A stretch of DNA of 17,317 nucleotides from Armatimonadia bacterium. Lineage in GTDB: Bacteria; Armatimonadota; Zipacnadia; Zipacnadales; UBA11051. Position numbers and translations under genes: made by a program. The stretch is taken from the NCBI GenBank assembly GCA_039683575.1, contig JBDKRC010000293.1:1-17317 (forward strand), in the 5' to 3' direction. Below, piece by piece: positions 16,143 to 17,317 of the stretch (position 1 is the first letter of the stretch; every line of letters begins with the position of its first letter). The notes beneath the pieces are model-generated. The model searched no databases, was not told the origin of the DNA, and saw only the letters and a program-made list of their open reading frames with translations.

Positions 16143-16227
16143 TGACTCTGAGGCCTCCTTATCGGTAGATCGCGATCAGGGAATTGCTTCTGCTGGCACG
16201 CGCTGATGATGAAAACGGGGTCAGACT

Positions 16228-16257
16228 ATTATAGCCCGCCCTCTTTTGCAGTGTCAA
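16228..16257 (-). promoter_or_regulatory. Sigma70-type promoter for ftsZ
   Basis: Exact TTGACA (16257-16252), 18-nt spacer, exact TATAAT (16233-16228), about 85 nt upstream of the ATG. Confidence 0.8.
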
Positions 16258-16323
16258 GAAAACAGCCTGCTCGCCACTATACGACATCCCTGGCCGTTTT
16301 CCCTTCCCAAAGCCTCGATTATT

Positions 16324-17112
16324 TCAAGATATTTTGCCGATCTGCTCAAGCGTCTTCCTCGCGCTGTCCAGACGCCGCTGCAGCCCCTCGAACAGCACGC
16401 CATAGTCCGAGATCAGCGCCAGGAACTGCCCGCCCTCGTCGATTAGCCACTTCATGTACTCATCATCAAACACCGGCGTCCCCCACCACTTCCCCGCTGC
16501 CGCGCAGGCCTTACCCACTCTCCGGATCGCCGCCAGTACCGAATCATGCCGGTACTCTTTCAGGTGGCCATAGCTTTGCGACAGGTCCGCCGGCCCCACC
16601 AGAATGCCCCCAATACCGTCCACGTTGATGATTTCCTCGATCACGTCTACGGCCTCGAAGTCCTCCACCTGCACCAGAATGAACGTCTCCCGGTTGGCCT
16701 CCGCCAGATCAAACCCATCGAGACCATAGTACGTGTCGGCCCCCACCCCGTCCATTCCACGTCGCCCTACCGGCATGTACTTGGCGTTATAGACCGCGAA
16801 CTCGGCCTCAGCCCTGGTCTTGATATGCGGCACCATGATCCCGGCCGCGCCATCCTCCAACGGCCGGAAGTAGTCCGCGTACGAATCCTTCCGGATGCGC
16901 ACCACGCTATCCACATCCGCAGCCCGCGCTGCCAGAGTCATCACCGCAGCGTCATCATAGCCGAAATCCCTGTGCTCCATATCCACCCAGATGCCGTCAT
17001 ACCCCATCCGCGAGGCCATCTCCACAGTCCGAAATGAGTTGGTGAAGCTGATATTGGCGATGAGACAAACCTCGCCCTGCGATATCTTCTGCAATATCCT
17101 ACTTTTGCGCAT
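16324..17112 (-). CDS. HpcH/HpaI aldolase/citrate lyase family protein
   Basis: YDGIWVDMEH, VVR, GIMVPH, PVGRRG, VQVE, VGPADLS; start ATG 17112 (alternatives 17130, 17136). Confidence 0.9.
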   Translation of the reverse strand: MRKSRILQKISQGEVCLIANISFTNSFRTVEMASRMGYDGIWVDMEHRDFGYDDAAVMTLAARAADVDSVVRIRKDSYADYFRPLEDGAAGIMVPHIKTRAEAEFAVYNAKYMPVGRRGMDGVGADTYYGLDGFDLAEANRETFILVQVEDFEAVDVIEEIINVDGIGGILVGPADLSQSYGHLKEYRHDSVLAAIRRVGKACAAAGKWWGTPVFDDEYMKWLIDEGGQFLALISDYGVLFEGLQRRLDSARKTLEQIGKIS

Positions 17113-17238
17113 CAGATCAGACCTTTCCATTGTCACTGGAGCCCGTCGACGGCGTCTCCCTTCCTTCCCTCCCCACCACTCACCTTCCCAGGGTGCGACT
17201 CGCCTTTGTAGGTAGAATAACGTCCCATCATTGTCGGG

Positions 17239-17250
17239 AGTTGTACAACT
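17239..17250. promoter_or_regulatory. Candidate transcription-factor operator, perfect palindrome AGTTGTACAACT
   Basis: AT-rich 12-bp palindrome about 110-130 nt upstream of the aldolase; resembles TTGT..ACAA-type GntR-family sites. Confidence 0.3.
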
Positions 17251-17300
17251 TTGTCAGGCCGCTTTGGCCGCTTGTGCGATTTGCTCGTGCTGTGCACTCA

Positions 17301-17317
17301 GTAGGCGCGTTCGGATC
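17301..17317 (+). repeat. Possible GTAG-tagged REP truncated by the window end
   Basis: GTAG-GCGCGTTCG resembles GTAG-GCGGGTTCA (6482) and GTAG-GTGGGTTCG (8220); second arm not visible. Confidence 0.3.

Noticed and set aside
50-17215. Many long antisense or alternate-frame ORFs (e.g. 620-1396, 3755-4591, 5396-6472, 7262-8008, 15496-16206)
   Set aside because: Shadow ORFs expected at high GC; they overlap well-supported genes and show no recognisable motifs

Overview
GC-rich bacterial chromosomal window. The gene style and repeat families are suggestive of Armatimonadota or a similar lineage, but this is inference only. It has 16 likely CDSs, 14 of them on the minus strand: a C45 Ntn-hydrolase, a TPR/HEXXH protein, a hypothetical protein, a small surface-glycan locus (two GT2s, a methyltransferase, wzm-wzt on the plus strand), a Zn-ADH, a sulfatase, a HIT protein, two paralogous membrane proteins, a Hyi-family isomerase, a stand-alone ftsZ with a perfect TTGACA-N18-TATAAT promoter, and an HpcH/HpaI aldolase. 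Two signals stand out. (1) A cassette-like array, hyi -> membrane gene A -> orphan ~90% identical hyi 3' tail with its own stop -> paralogous membrane gene B, which looks like capture of a variable gene using the 3' end of a conserved gene as the homology anchor. (2) A dense set of GTAG/GGAG-tagged REP-like palindromes, at least three of which lie in-frame inside protein-coding genes. No rRNA, tRNA, CRISPR array, integrase or transposase was recognised.
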